The notes beneath the pieces were generated by a model. It did not search any database. It was not told where the DNA came from and saw only the letters and a program-made list of their open reading frames with translations. Of a stretch of 64,000 nucleotides of DNA, positions 51,689 through 63,796 are shown in pieces. Each line of letters opens with the position of its first letter. Position 1 is the first letter of the stretch. The position numbers were made by a program, and so were the translations under genes. This DNA comes from Macrostomum hystrix (taxonomy: Eukaryota > Animalia > Platyhelminthes): positions 9,238,001 through 9,302,000 of the forward strand of contig CATNEN010000003.1 in NCBI GenBank assembly GCA_950097015.1, written 5' to 3'.

Positions 51689-52710
51689 ATGTCAAATGAC
51701 GACAAGAAGACTGAGGTTGATCTGGTCAATCGAGATCCGAACAAGCTGAACGATCACATCAAGGTCAGCTGTTCTTTATTAACAGTAGGACTGTACTCAA
51801 AGCAAATGAGCTGTCATTGCGCCGCTCGGGTGCGGCACAAGTAATTGTCAGGGGGATTTCTATAGTTACCCGAACAGTAGAGTAGGCGTACTGATTTCGG
51901 GATTAAAAAATTGTTTTAAACTGTGATTGGTTACAAAATACATGTACACCAGAGGCTTGTCTTATATTCGAAATTTATCAAGGTTACAGTTCGCTGTGCA
52001 ACTTTCTATTGCATTATTATCGAAAACATAGAAAAGTTATTACTTGTATCTTAACAGCCCTGTAACCTGTTAACATCCCTGAACGCACACAATTACACGC
52101 ACAAGGATACGCACTTACGGCAGTGTAGTCTCATTATTGCAATGCTAAGTCTGTGTTTGTGATATTTGTGACATATTTTCCCTGCGATGTGCGTTAATGT
52201 CTTTAATTTGCTTATCAATTTCGCTCTGGTTCATAGAGAAAAAATTTAAATAGAGCACAAAGAAAGGGATAATTTGAATTTAATTGTCTATGGTAGAAAG
52301 AGAAGGCTCGCCCCCACACAGTAGCCCATAGACTAAAGCACGTGGCAATGTTTTGTTTGTGAATGTCTTACTTATCAACAGGTGGGCGCGTGTGTACGCA
52401 CTCTTCCATTGGCTAGAATTTCAACGATCATAGCGGATGCGGAAAAAATCTGGACATCTAAATCGATCAATAGAGTCCGAAGTTCCTGAGTGTCCTCACC
52501 GGCCTCTGCATCGCCCTCTTCTGGGGCTGCTCCTTCGCCATGGTCGCCTACAGCAACATCTGGTGCATCACCCCGGCTTTGAAGTGCTTCAAGATCTACA
52601 TCGGCGTGTTCGCTGATTGCTGGAGCGCCTGGCTGGACTGCTGCATCGGTGCCAAGTTCAAAGCTATGGGCTTATTCTTTAGCCGCATTCAAGTCAGCAA
52701 CAAAGACTGA
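51689..52710 (+). pseudogene. Cav: Caveolin E: intact exon 1 (51689-51763), exon 2 missing its first ~35 codons (homology resumes at 52480); pseudogene or truncated isoform
   Basis: MSNDDKKTEVDLVNRDPNKLNDHIK|gtcagc; then KFLSVLTGLCIALFWG...FSRIQVSNKD* with no FEEVLGEP segment found in between. Confidence 0.75.
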
Positions 52711-53151
52711 GCCTCCTGGCAGACTGCCACAAAAGAACTCAAAGACAGAATCAGAAATAAACTGCAGCTTTTGTTAATTAAATATTCTTATAACATTTTT
52801 CGGTGAGAGTAAATTATTAACTTCAAAAAAATCAGAAGGCTACAACGAACTTTTAAATTCAATACGAAGTTAGTTAGCCACGTAGTTATAAGTAGATATT
52901 ACGAAAAGCACATACTATTTTTATACGTAATATTTTAATTCTAAAAGATATTTAGTACCGCCTGTCTGAGTTTTAAGAATGAAGCAGAATCAAGTAATTT
53001 TGTACAAAGAACTTTTGATAATGATTTGTTGTTACTCATGCAAAGACTGTGCAGAAGAAAATATATACATTTTTAATTAGCTGCTTATATATTAGAAAGC
53101 AGACACAGAAGTCAAGTTTGTTTTACGGTGTCGCACGACCTGCCTGCCTGA

Positions 53152-53375
53152 ATGTCTATGGCAAAACCTCAGTACAACTCGGATCTGTCCGAGTTTCTCG
53201 GTACACCGGGGATCCGGCCTGACTGGCAGCCTCAAGCAAGTGCTGATGGAAACGAAGACGCCTCATTTAAACTGTTTCTGACTGATCAGCTTTTCGAAGA
53301 CCTCAGCAGATGGACAAATTCGAAAGCTTGGCAGACCATTCAAGAGGCCGAGATATTGGATATCGTGCTAAACAC
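53152..53375 (+). mobile_element. piggyBac-like transposase N-terminal fragment
   Basis: FLGTPG...FKLFLTDQLFEDLSRWTNSKAWQ resembles the piggyBac/PGBD FxGxPG...FxLFxTD...TNxYAxQ motif; cut off by a minisatellite. Confidence 0.6.
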
Positions 53376-54143
53376 ATTCGTGTTCCTGTTCATATCCTAC
53401 ATTCGTGTTCCTGTTCATATCCTACATTCGTGTTCCTGTTCACACCCTACATTCGTGTTCCTGTTCATATCCTACATTCGTGTTCCTGTTCACACCCTAC
53501 ATTCGTGTTCCTGTTCATATCCTACATTCGTGTTCCTGTTCATATCCTACATTCGTGTTCCTGTTCATATCCTACATTCGTGTTCCTGTTCATATCCTAC
53601 ATTCGTGTTCCTGTTCATATCCTACATTCGTGTTCCTGTTCATATCCTACATTCGTGTTCCTGTTCACACCCTACATTCGTGTTCCTGTTCATATCCTAC
53701 ATTCGTGTTCCTGTTCATATCCTACATTCGTGTTCCTGTTCATATCCTACATTCGTGTTCCTGTTCACACCCTACATTCGTGTTCCTGTTCATATGCTAC
53801 ATTCGTGTTCCTGTTCATATCCTACATTTGTGTTCCTGTTCATATCCTACATTCGTGTTCCTGTTCATATCCTACATTCGTGTTCCTGTTCACACCCTAC
53901 ATTCGTGTTCCTGTTCATATCCTACATTCGTGTTCCTGTTCATATCCTACATTCGTGTTCCTGTTCATATCCTACATTCGTGTTCCTGTTCACACCCTAC
54001 ATTCGTGTTCCTGTTCATATCCTACATTCGTGTTCCTGTTCACACCCTACATTCGTGTTCCTGTTCACACCCTACATTCGTGTTCCTGTTCATATCCTAC
54101 ATTCGTGTTCCTGTTCATATCCTACATTCGTGTTCCTGTTCCT
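53375..54143. repeat. 25-bp minisatellite CATTCGTGTTCCTGTTCA(T/C)A(T/C)CCTA
   Basis: About 30 units. Confidence 0.92.
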
Positions 54144-54878
54144 GTAGGCCATCATACCATTGTCTAATGGTTAAATATGAAAAAATAGATAATAAGGAAC
54201 ACAAACAATCATAATCGGTTTTCATTTTCAGAAGGATGTTTAAGTTAGTTGGATAATCAGACAGACAAGAATTTGCTTGCAGCTCCTTTTGCTACAAAAT
54301 CAACACAGAGAGTACATGTTCCTATAATTAGAAATTGAGTTTTTATTTTAATGACGGATGCTGGGAGACTATAACAAGATGTCAATATAGATTTATTCTA
54401 ACCAGACAGTTTATTGTATTTTTATTCGTTTGAAACAGTGGAGTCAAAAAATGAAATAGCAAGTAAAGGAAACAGAGCAACAGGCTAAAGAACCAATATT
54501 CTATAAAAAATCTTAAAATTACTAAAATAACCAGGCCAAATTTAAATAAATATATATAAATATATAGAAAAAAAGGTAACAAAAATAAATAAATAAAACA
54601 GACAAATTTGTTTTAGATAAAATTTGGCATTGGACTTAGCAGCTAAATATAATAACTAAATCGTTAAATAACACACTGGCTGTATAATATGCGATAATAC
54701 GCTCGTAGTTATATTATTGCACGCTCACAATTTTTTTAATCAACGAAATCCTAGCTAATAAAAAACAATAAATTTAACAATAACTTTAACAAATATAATA
54801 GCATATGTCACCGACTAACAACCTCTGTTAACTATATGCAGACTAATCTTCTGTCCCAGCAGTTGCTGCCGCAAAGTT

Positions 54879-54914
54879 TCAGGCGCTCGACTCGCCTCCA
54901 TTGAGGTTCGATGG
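54879..54914 (-). CDS. Y-box protein, putative last exon (PSNLNGGESSA*)
   Basis: ttttcattcag| acceptor in phase 0, followed by TGA. Confidence 0.55.
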   Translation of the reverse strand, partial: PSNLNGGESSA

Positions 54915-55398
54915 CTGAATGAAAATATTTGATGGAATTTGATGGAATAGAACGTCGCGCAAGCGGATGCACAAATGGGAGAATGTCTGACTGTTTTTAT
55001 AGGGATAATCTGGCCTTCAGGCGAGGAGTATATAGAACTCGTGGGATTATATGGATAATATTAGGGGATTATATAGGATACTATTAGGATATTTTTTGGG
55101 ATACAACCTCGGGATTATATGGGATACAACCTAAATTATTAGGGATACTATTTAGAAATAATTCGGAATTCTAACTAGGGATTATATGGGATACGTGTGG
55201 ATTTCGCGGGATACTACCTACATGGAATTATATAGGATATTACCTGGGGATTATAATGTATTTTATCTCAGGATAAGGGATGGGTGAAGTTTTTACCTGA
55301 ATAGTGAAGATTCAGAATAAGGTTCGATTTTGGCATATCAAAAGAGGTTTTCAGCAGCGAAATAATTCAGGTTTCAAAACCCGTCATTAATTTCTCAC

Positions 55399-55686
55399 CT
55401 TCTCGCCACCAGCAGACGCCTGTGAAGCGTCGCGCCTTCGACCGCCGCGTCCGCCACGACCGCCGCGTCCGCCGCGCCCCCGACTGAAGCCGCCCCGGCC
55501 GCCGTAGCCGCCGCCTCTGTAGTTGGGCACTGGAACATCATAGCGACGCGGGCTGAAGTACAGGCCGCCGCCGCCGCCGCCACCTCCGCGGCTGCTACCA
55601 CCGGCGGGTCCAACAGCGTAGGGTCTGCGGAATCCACGGCCACCACGAGTGGGTGGCGGAGGCATCGCTGGCGGGTAGCCCTGGTA
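55399..55686 (-). CDS. YBX: Y-box protein exon 3 (RGG-rich tail)
   Basis: YQGYPPAMPPPPTRGGRG...RGGRGGRGG; atgcag| acceptor and AAG|gtgaga donor. Confidence 0.8.
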
Positions 55687-55764
55687 CTGCATGATAATGT
55701 CAAGAGAGACAGTGTGTGCAATGATTATACCTAGAATAATCTTCAACCTAGAATAAGCCATTGT

Positions 55765-56270
55765 GTAGCTTGGTCTTTGATTGATCCTATTCCATAGCTT
55801 GGTCATTGATTGATCCTATTCCATATCTTGGTCTTTGATTGGTGCGATTCCATAGCTTAGATTTTAATATATTATACTCTGTAGCTTGGTCTTTGATTAA
55901 TCCTATTCCATAGCTTGGTTATTCGATTGATCCTATTCCATAGCTTAGTCTTTAATAGATTTTATTCTGTAGCTTGGTCCTTGATTGATCCTATTCCATA
56001 GCTTGGTCTTTAATATATTATATTCTGTAGCTTGGTCTTTGATTGATACTATTCCATAGCTTGGTCTTTGATTGATACTATTCCATAGCTTGGTCTTTGA
56101 TTGATACTATTCCATAGCTTGGTCTTTGATTGATACTATTCCATAGCTTGGTCTTTGATTGATACTATTCCATAGCTTGGTCTTTGATTGATCTCTGATA
56201 GATCCTATTTTGTAGATTGGTCTCTGATAGATGCGTTTCTGCGGCGTCTTTGATAGATCCTATTCTGTAA
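55765..56270. repeat. 29-bp minisatellite TAGCTTGGTCTTTGATTGATACTATTCCA
   Basis: Tandem units in Y-box intron 2. Confidence 0.88.
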
Positions 56271-56400
56271 CTAAGCATTTTGATCCATTTGTGCAGATTC
56301 GTCTTGAATACTATACTGTAGCTTAATGAATGTTTATTACCATTGTAAAAGGTCTAATTAGAAGTAGCTTAGTGTTTTTTCATTCTGCAGATTAAGTGTA

Positions 56401-58458
56401 TTATAACACCCGCCAAATTTTGTTTCTGTGGAAAAGAAAGTCCGAGACTGCATATAACTGGCCGAGGCGAAGCCGAGGCCGGTTATATGTGGTCGAGGAC
56501 TTTCGACCATAGAACCGGAATTTGGCGGGTGTTATAAAATTTAACCTTTTGAAACAGCAATGCAAAAACAGCAGACTCGGTTGGGCGGGTTGGGGGTGTG
56601 GTACCATAGACAAAATTTCATTACGAAGCGAAGAAAAAATTAAGAAGAGGCTAGACTGATAGTATCTGTGAGCAGAGCAGAAGGACGCTTTGTGGCAAAG
56701 ATTGGCAAATACTATAAAACAATGGAAGAACTAACCGACGAAAATTTAATTTGGCTCGATTCTTTAATCGTTAATCAAGAACAAGACGCCCCGATGGCTG
56801 CTGCAGCCACTAAGCAAGATAGTCCGATGGCTGCTGCTGCAGCAATTCAAGAGTCCACCTCGGCAGTAAAGCAACGATTCGTAACATTTACCGACGAACA
56901 AATAACTGGAAAAATTGATGCTGCAATGCCAATTAGCACCAAGAGAAAGGAGCAGTGGGCTGTTCAATTATTTACGCAATGGTTTCAGGCCAGGCATGAT
57001 GCAATCCTACGCTCCGAACGTGACGGCTTACTCGTGAACAAACAAATCCATGAATGGAACAGAGCCGACTGGAATTATTTGTAGCGCATCTTCTTCTTTG
57101 AGATTAGGAAACAAAATGGCGAGAAGTATGGTGCAACGTCGTTGAAGGATGTGTTCACTATGCTGCAACAATATGTTAATAGCACACTAAAAATGAACTT
57201 TAACTTCTGGAAGGACCCGAGCTCTCCGAAGCTAGGAAAGCGCTAGATGCAGCGATGAAAGAAACAGTGCGCGATGGCAACATACCTGGTCAGAAGGCAA
57301 GTCAACCTATCAGCCATGAAGTTGAAGACGAACTGTGGCAGAGCGGCGTTCTCGGGCAAGAGACACCTAAGCAGTTACTATTTACCGTCATTTTCTACAT
57401 CGGAAAGCATTTTGCACTCCGTGGCGGGTCCGAACTGCATGCTCTGGAACACAACAAGGACATTGTTGTATGTTCCGATGTGCAAGGCGAGTGTCTATTG
57501 TTTAGCGAACAAAGGGCCAACAAAACGAATAATCGCGGCCTGAAGCTGAAGCGTGGACCTCCTCGCGAGATACGTGTGTACCACGCGCCTGATCACTTAC
57601 GTTGTTTGCCCTGTCTATACAAAGCCTACGATGCTAAAAGACTGGAGCATGCAGCGTGTCAAATCTGTTTCTGGGCTACTATCGGGGTGATACGAGAATC
57701 GAAGTTGGCAAGTGGTACCAAAATGTTCCGCTAGGTCGTCACACACTGGATGGAGTTGTCAAATCACTAACGGCTGGACATGAGAACTCTGGCAGGTTCA
57801 CAAACCAGTCGCTCCGAAAAACGTGCCACCACCCTGCATCAGGCCGGCGTTCAACGCGCTGATATAGCGCGTATCACAGGGCATTCTAGTAGTGCCGTCG
57901 AGAGGTACATATCATTTGACACGCGTGATCATCTGCTGATTTCTGGGACACTTCAGCGCACAGTAGCTATTCGTACCAATGATGTAGAGCCGGAAGGTTC
58001 GTCCATTGTTTCAGCAAGCGAGGAAACTTCTAAGGAGACGACAAACTCTTCTAAGAAAATGAAGATCGTCGCCAATGGTGAGACTGTCACTATTACATGG
58101 GAGTGATTTTTAAACCGTCTCGTTACCAACTACGCTACGTTACCAACTATGACTACATTCGTTGACTACTTCACTGATTCCTACCTACTCTTCGTTTTCA
58201 TAGTTGAACTACGTTTTACGACCCCAAATACATCATAGTTCGCCGCTTAACTTGACGTTTTCAACTATGAAAATTGTTCATATATTTGGCCTCGTTTTCA
58301 GGCCAGTTATGTATATGATAGTGGCTGCTTAATTGGCATTCTGTGGTTAGAAAGTCTGAGGCTGCGTTTAATGGTCCGAGGCGAGCGAAGCGAGCCGAGG
58401 ACTATTGAGCGTGGCCGAGGACTTTTTAACCATAGACTGCAAATTGAGCAGCCACTAT
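56401..58458 (+). mobile_element. Decayed Crypton-type (tyrosine recombinase, DUF3504/ZMYM-KCTD1-related) DNA transposon in Y-box intron 2
   Basis: Broken ORF ~56722-58106 bracketed by two related long hairpins (56401-56537 and 58318-58458); true termini may extend further. Confidence 0.8.
56722..58106 (+). pseudogene. Tyrosine recombinase pseudo-ORF (stop at 57082-57084; frameshifts near 57218, ~57650 and ~57825)
   Basis: Joined frames give FFFEIRKQNGEKY..SL, LDAAMK, LGQETPKQLLFTV, HFALRGGSELHAL (catalytic R), WYQNVPLG, FTNQSLRKT (HxxR position) and ITGHSS..VERY (catalytic H and Y). Confidence 0.85.
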
Positions 58459-58600
58459 TTTATATGAAATTCGATTTGGTTTGGCGCCCATTATATGGTT
58501 TAATGGGCCCCATTTTCGGGACCATTATAGGGCACACTGGTTCAAGACTTCGCATTTCCAACCATAGACGATAGATTCGTGGCTCAGAATGCGCCCATTA

Positions 58601-58692
58601 AACGTCCATTAACGACGAAATCGGATTTTATACGTCCATTAACGACGAAATCAGATTTTATACGTCCATTAACGACGAAATCGTATTTTATA
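58601..58692. repeat. 30-bp tandem repeat, 3 copies (ACGTCCATTAACGACGAAATCxxATTTTAT)
   Basis: Three near-perfect units just beyond the right Crypton hairpin. Confidence 0.85.
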
Positions 58693-60060
58693 TCATATAA
58701 TTGGCTTCCTTTGCAGTCCCGTTATATAAGATGAGTCCATAGACAATAAAAAATTGAGACTTCCTACGGAAAAGAAAAGCCACGATATACGCAACATTAT
58801 CGGGTTTCTGAAGGTTAAATGATTGATCTCATTTGAAATAAATAGAATATTCCGAATCATAGTTTCTTTCAGCTGTTGCATGCGTTAGTGTGAGTAAGAG
58901 GAAGAACTTAGTTCGATAGAAAATCGAATCCAACGGCTTGCAAATGAGTATTATGACTTGCTTCTCTCTCAACCCTGCAAGGGCTTGAGCATATGTACAG
59001 AAGCGAGTACAAAGCATTTCATTATTGATCCAGCAGAGAATTAAAAAAAGGTTTCATAATTCGACAGTGCTCTAGCTGCAGCTGCGGCCGTGCATGACAT
59101 TTCCATTTCAGATCCCGGTTCTTTTGTCTCTGGTCACAGCTGGAAGCGAATGCCGTAGCTACAGAGAAAGCTTTCGGCTTAAACTTCCCCGTCTAGCATT
59201 TCCTAGCTATTTAGTCCAGTACTTTGGGCTATGGGAATAGGGAGTGCGGGCTATAGCGCGGGAACCATATTATATGCTTTTCTGTAGTATTTAACTCTTA
59301 TTTGTATGACAGAGCACAACTAACTTGTGAATTTATAATGCAGTTCTTCTCAACCATTTCCAATATACTTTTTGATTTGCTTGCTTGACTTACTCAAAGA
59401 AAAACAAAACGAACTGGATCTAATTGGCAGATTTGCGGAAAAATAATGGGTTTGAGGATAAAAATGAGGGTTCTGGGGATAAAACCGAGTAGGGATTTGG
59501 GGATAACTACTGAGAGATTTTGATAAAAAACGGGCGGATTTTGAGTAAGCATCTGAGTAATTTAAGCGAAAATCCGATGCTTTGATATACCATAGTATGG
59601 ATTCGGGGATGTAAGGAATATATATATATAGCTTTTCAAAGGATCTGCTCAGGGATTGAAGAGTTAATTTATTATGTTCTGATATTTTAGCATAATCTTA
59701 ATCTGATTAATTATAAAAGGGCAACTAGAACGGCAGTATTTTGGCTTTAAGTTTCGTTGAACGTGATAACACAAATTGCTGACTTTTCAAAGCCTACTAA
59801 AAGTTTTTTTTTTAAAACTGCAAGGTAAAGACAATCCAATCATTTCGGTAAGTTAAGTTCGTATTCGTCATTCTTATCTTATTGAATTTGACTCCAATCT
59901 GTAACCAGAAGAACCCTTTAGACGATCAGACTTTGCACAAGAAAATCTAAAGCATTTTCTGCAAAATGCATTAGCAAATTGCTTAATATGCACCCTGCAC
60001 CTGAAGAGATCAATACAATTACGGATTATCACAGTGTGCTGGAACCAAATCCAAACTCAC

Positions 60061-60440
60061 CTGCCCCGGTCCATAATCTGGACCATAGTAGGCTCCGCCG
60101 TCGCGCACAAACTGCCTACGAAATCCGCGACCGCCGCCGCCGCCGCCGCGACCACCGCGGCTGCCACGGCTTCGGCCCTGTCTGTCGGCGGCATAGTCGC
60201 TGCCCTTGACAGCGGCCCCATCTGGCCCAGTGACATTCGCAGCTTCGTGACCTTTGGCGCCTTGGACAACGTCGAATTCGACTGTCTCGCCGTCGCCAAC
60301 GCTGCGTTGGAATTTGCGCGGATTATTCTTGATGATGGCAGATTGGTGTACAAAGATGTCCTCCTTGGTGTCGTCTCGATTGATGAAGCCATAGCCGCTC
60401 TTCACATTGAACCATTTCACTGTTCCAGTGACCTTGGTTG
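60061..60440 (-). CDS. YBX: Y-box protein exon 2 (cold-shock domain)
   Basis: [31 protein letters not shown]...[20 protein letters not shown]; CAG|gtgagt donor. Confidence 0.95.
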
Positions 60441-62261
60441 CTGACAAACAATAAGGATAATGAGGTGTAGGTCTCAATGCACAGAGAAAATATTTAAAAA
60501 CTTACAAGAAAAATAGTTCTGTCATATCTAATTTATTTAAAGCTCTGTATTAGGAAACATTTATCACTAGCATGTTTCCGCAACAAGTAACAAGACTTCA
60601 CAACCCTCCAGGCTAGGTGCACCCACCCCACCTTAACTAGCCAGAGGCAGAGGCATTGTAAGTGCAACTGCACTGGTTGTATAGTCAATGGCAGTCATGG
60701 TGGCACCATTTAGTAAAGTTCCATAGCTAGAGCTTTTACTATATTAAATGAACAATTAATTGTAAAAAGTACTATACCTTAAGTTTCATTGTCCTTATTA
60801 GAATTCTATATTTTTAAGGATTTGAGGATTATATCAATGCTGCACCATATAGTATGGCAGATTTTATGCTCACTACTTAGTCATTACTTGTCATGCATCA
60901 TGGTGAAACTAAGGGGGCTTGTTGCACATTCAAAACCATCTATTTTGCATGTCTGAACAGTGTTAGCAGACAATGTTCCAATAGGGTACATAGTTTAAAT
61001 TTAGCTACACATTTAGACCAAGTCAACTGACTATATATAATAAAAAGTAATGTATCCTTTAAGTTAAGCATATAATAAATATATATTAAACTTTTGTTAT
61101 TACAGTGTGTAAACTTTAAATATATTTTATCTTATTAAACAATCATGAACCTTTTTCTTAAGACTTAATCATTTCTATTTTACCATTTTTTATAATGCTA
61201 ATACACATTAATAAATGGCATTATGGCCTTTAGCATGATACAAAATAATATTACATAGACTAGCATATAGTTTGAAGCTAAACAAATTAAGAACATTTTT
61301 TGTTTCATTTTAGCCTCTTTACTTAACTAGTGCTTAGCTCTTTACTTTAATCTATCATTAAATCAAATAATTACGCCTGCCTTAAACAGGAAATGTCAGT
61401 CAATGGTTGTTGAAATGGAGGCTGATATATCTGGCATATATCCCCAGATATACTATAGAAATAACATATTTTCAAACTTAAATGAAAATGGTGTTAATAT
61501 GAAGTAGCTCAACCAAATAAATTAGGAAAATGCTTATGCCACTATTAAAATATATTGGTGATGGTTTAAATAATTTATTTGCTATTACAAGAAAATCTAA
61601 AAAAATATTTTAGCCAAAGCAACTTTTTGCTAAAATGGTTATTAATAAAGTTGTTTGTTGCCAAAGTAGACCTGTAACCTAAGGCTTAATAACAGTATGG
61701 CCAAGTTCTGTATCATACCTAACCAACTGGCTGATAAAAATACTCAATAGTATCTGTGCACCAGTGTAAAAGAATATGAGACAAAAATATTTTTTTTGTT
61801 TTAATATGTAAAATAAAGTAAAAAAGCAAATGTAATATTTTTTTTCATAGCAATTATAATTTAGATCTCTGAAAATCATGGATGCACTTCCACTAGCTAG
61901 ATATATACATTTTTAGTAATGATAAAGTATTATTTATCGTAACTCAATTAATAAAAAGAGACTTTATCTTTACGTGTAACCCAACTTCAAAATGTAGGTT
62001 TATACTGTTTATTGTCTATATCTTTTACCAAAGAAGGAAATGAATCTACATGCCTAAATGAGTTTATATTTATTATGTAACAACTCCCAAAAATTCAATT
62101 CAATTAAATTCAATTCAAATTCAAGCCAATAATCTACAGAATAGGTTCATGAAAAAAAACAATAAAGTTTGCTAGCTAGTACCAAATCTAAAAAAACTTT
62201 AAAAAATTCAAAACTTAAGACTAAGTACAAGTAGATATAATTACAAGATATTAAGGCTTAC

Positions 62262-62328
62262 CGAGAACTTTCTTCTCTACATCCTTGTCAACTTCAGGTG
62301 ACTTCTCTGCGGTCTTAGCTGCCATCAT
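62262..62328 (-). CDS. YBX: Y-box protein exon 1 (MMAAKTAEKSPEVDKDVEKKVL)
   Basis: Joins in phase 1 to give the canonical KKVLATKV; G|gtaagc donor. Confidence 0.85.
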
Positions 62329-63551
62329 CAACTCCGAGATGTTAAACCCACACTGGGAAAAGATGATCTTTACAGCACACTATTCTGGTTGTTAACACGC
62401 GCTTAAATTTATATGAACTGTGAGAAGCATTTCAAATAGCATGATACGATACAGTGCCCTGTACACTGTGCTATAACAAAGGCATACTTATAATTTAAGT
62501 TTAGTGCGGAAAAATTATTTGGATTAATTGATTTGATAAAAAAACGCTTTAAGCTATTATTCCAAAAAATTTATAGACAAAAATTTGCAAGTAATACCGA
62601 AAATGCACGAATGTACCTATTCAAAAAATAGTGATAAGGGCGTTGACCGAAAAATAGTAATGTAGTCTCTGATCTGTCGTTCGTTTGGGTACATCGACGA
62701 TGTAACCAGCGACTGAGTTTATTCACCAGTTTCGCAATAAAGGTAGTGATGAAGTCTCATCTAAAATGTCATCCTTTGATATATGAAATATCTAAATTGG
62801 CATTTTTTATTCTATATATGGTCATTTACCGAAACAATCTAATCTTATAAAAATAACTTATTGAATCGGGCTTTATAATAAATTAGGTATTAAAAATGAT
62901 TATTGAAGAAAATTCCTTCAAATTTTAAACCTTTAATGCATTTCTTCACAACTTACTATTATTATATTAAGCTTCAAGATCTTTGTAAAGTTTCTATTTA
63001 ATAACAAGGAACCAAGATTTGTTAGTTCTTTTTGTTGCAAACTATTATGCTTTTTGTTGATGTGCCACAAAATCCAACAATGCAATGTATGACTATGTTT
63101 GTTGCATAATTTGAAATCAATTTTTTTGCAAAAGCTAATGCTCCAGTAGAATTTGTTTTGAACTGTAGCTGGAGGTTCAATGAGTTATGGTTATACATAG
63201 CATTATAATAATACAATTCTTATTTATACTTTTACTGATTTAAAATTGCCTTTTTAGTTTGTATATATTAATTTATACTATATGATATTTAATGTAGTTT
63301 GTTTGACCTGAATTTCTAAAAAGTATAATATTTGAGTTAAAAATAGAGGGATAACAGCTTATTAAAACATTTTTTATAGTAACCATATAATAGAAAGTTT
63401 TTTACTCTATTTACCTTTTTGAGGATCAATTTTTTTTAATTTTTAACAATTTTCTGTGTTATTTGTATTACAAGCAATCCACATTTATTTTTTTTACCTT
63501 TAAAAGCTTACAATAAATGTTACTAAAAATTGATAAAAATATAATTTTCAG

Positions 63552-63656
63552 TATCAGGCCAAACTTTTAGCTGCTAATCTACAACAGGCTATTGCAAGCC
63601 ACAGCTTATCTGAGGCAGCCTGTCTAGTGGAAAAATTATGTCAAACTAATCAGAAA
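63552..63656 (+). CDS. Internal exon of a probable SHARPIN/HOIL-1(RBCK1)-like gene (LTM-like helical motif)
   Basis: ttttcag|YQAKLLAANLQQAIASHSLSEAACLVEKLCQTNQK|gtaagt; pattern L..AI......A..L...L resembles the LUBAC-tethering motif. Confidence 0.5.
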
Positions 63657-63796
63657 GTAAGTTTTTTAAGCTGTTGTTTTTACAAAGATGTTAATTAAAT
63701 TTAAAGTCTCTAAAGTTTTATAAGTGTCACACACTGAGCAGTTAGACAAATCACATTCCATAGTGATCTAAAAGCAGAATTTATCTTCACCATCAG

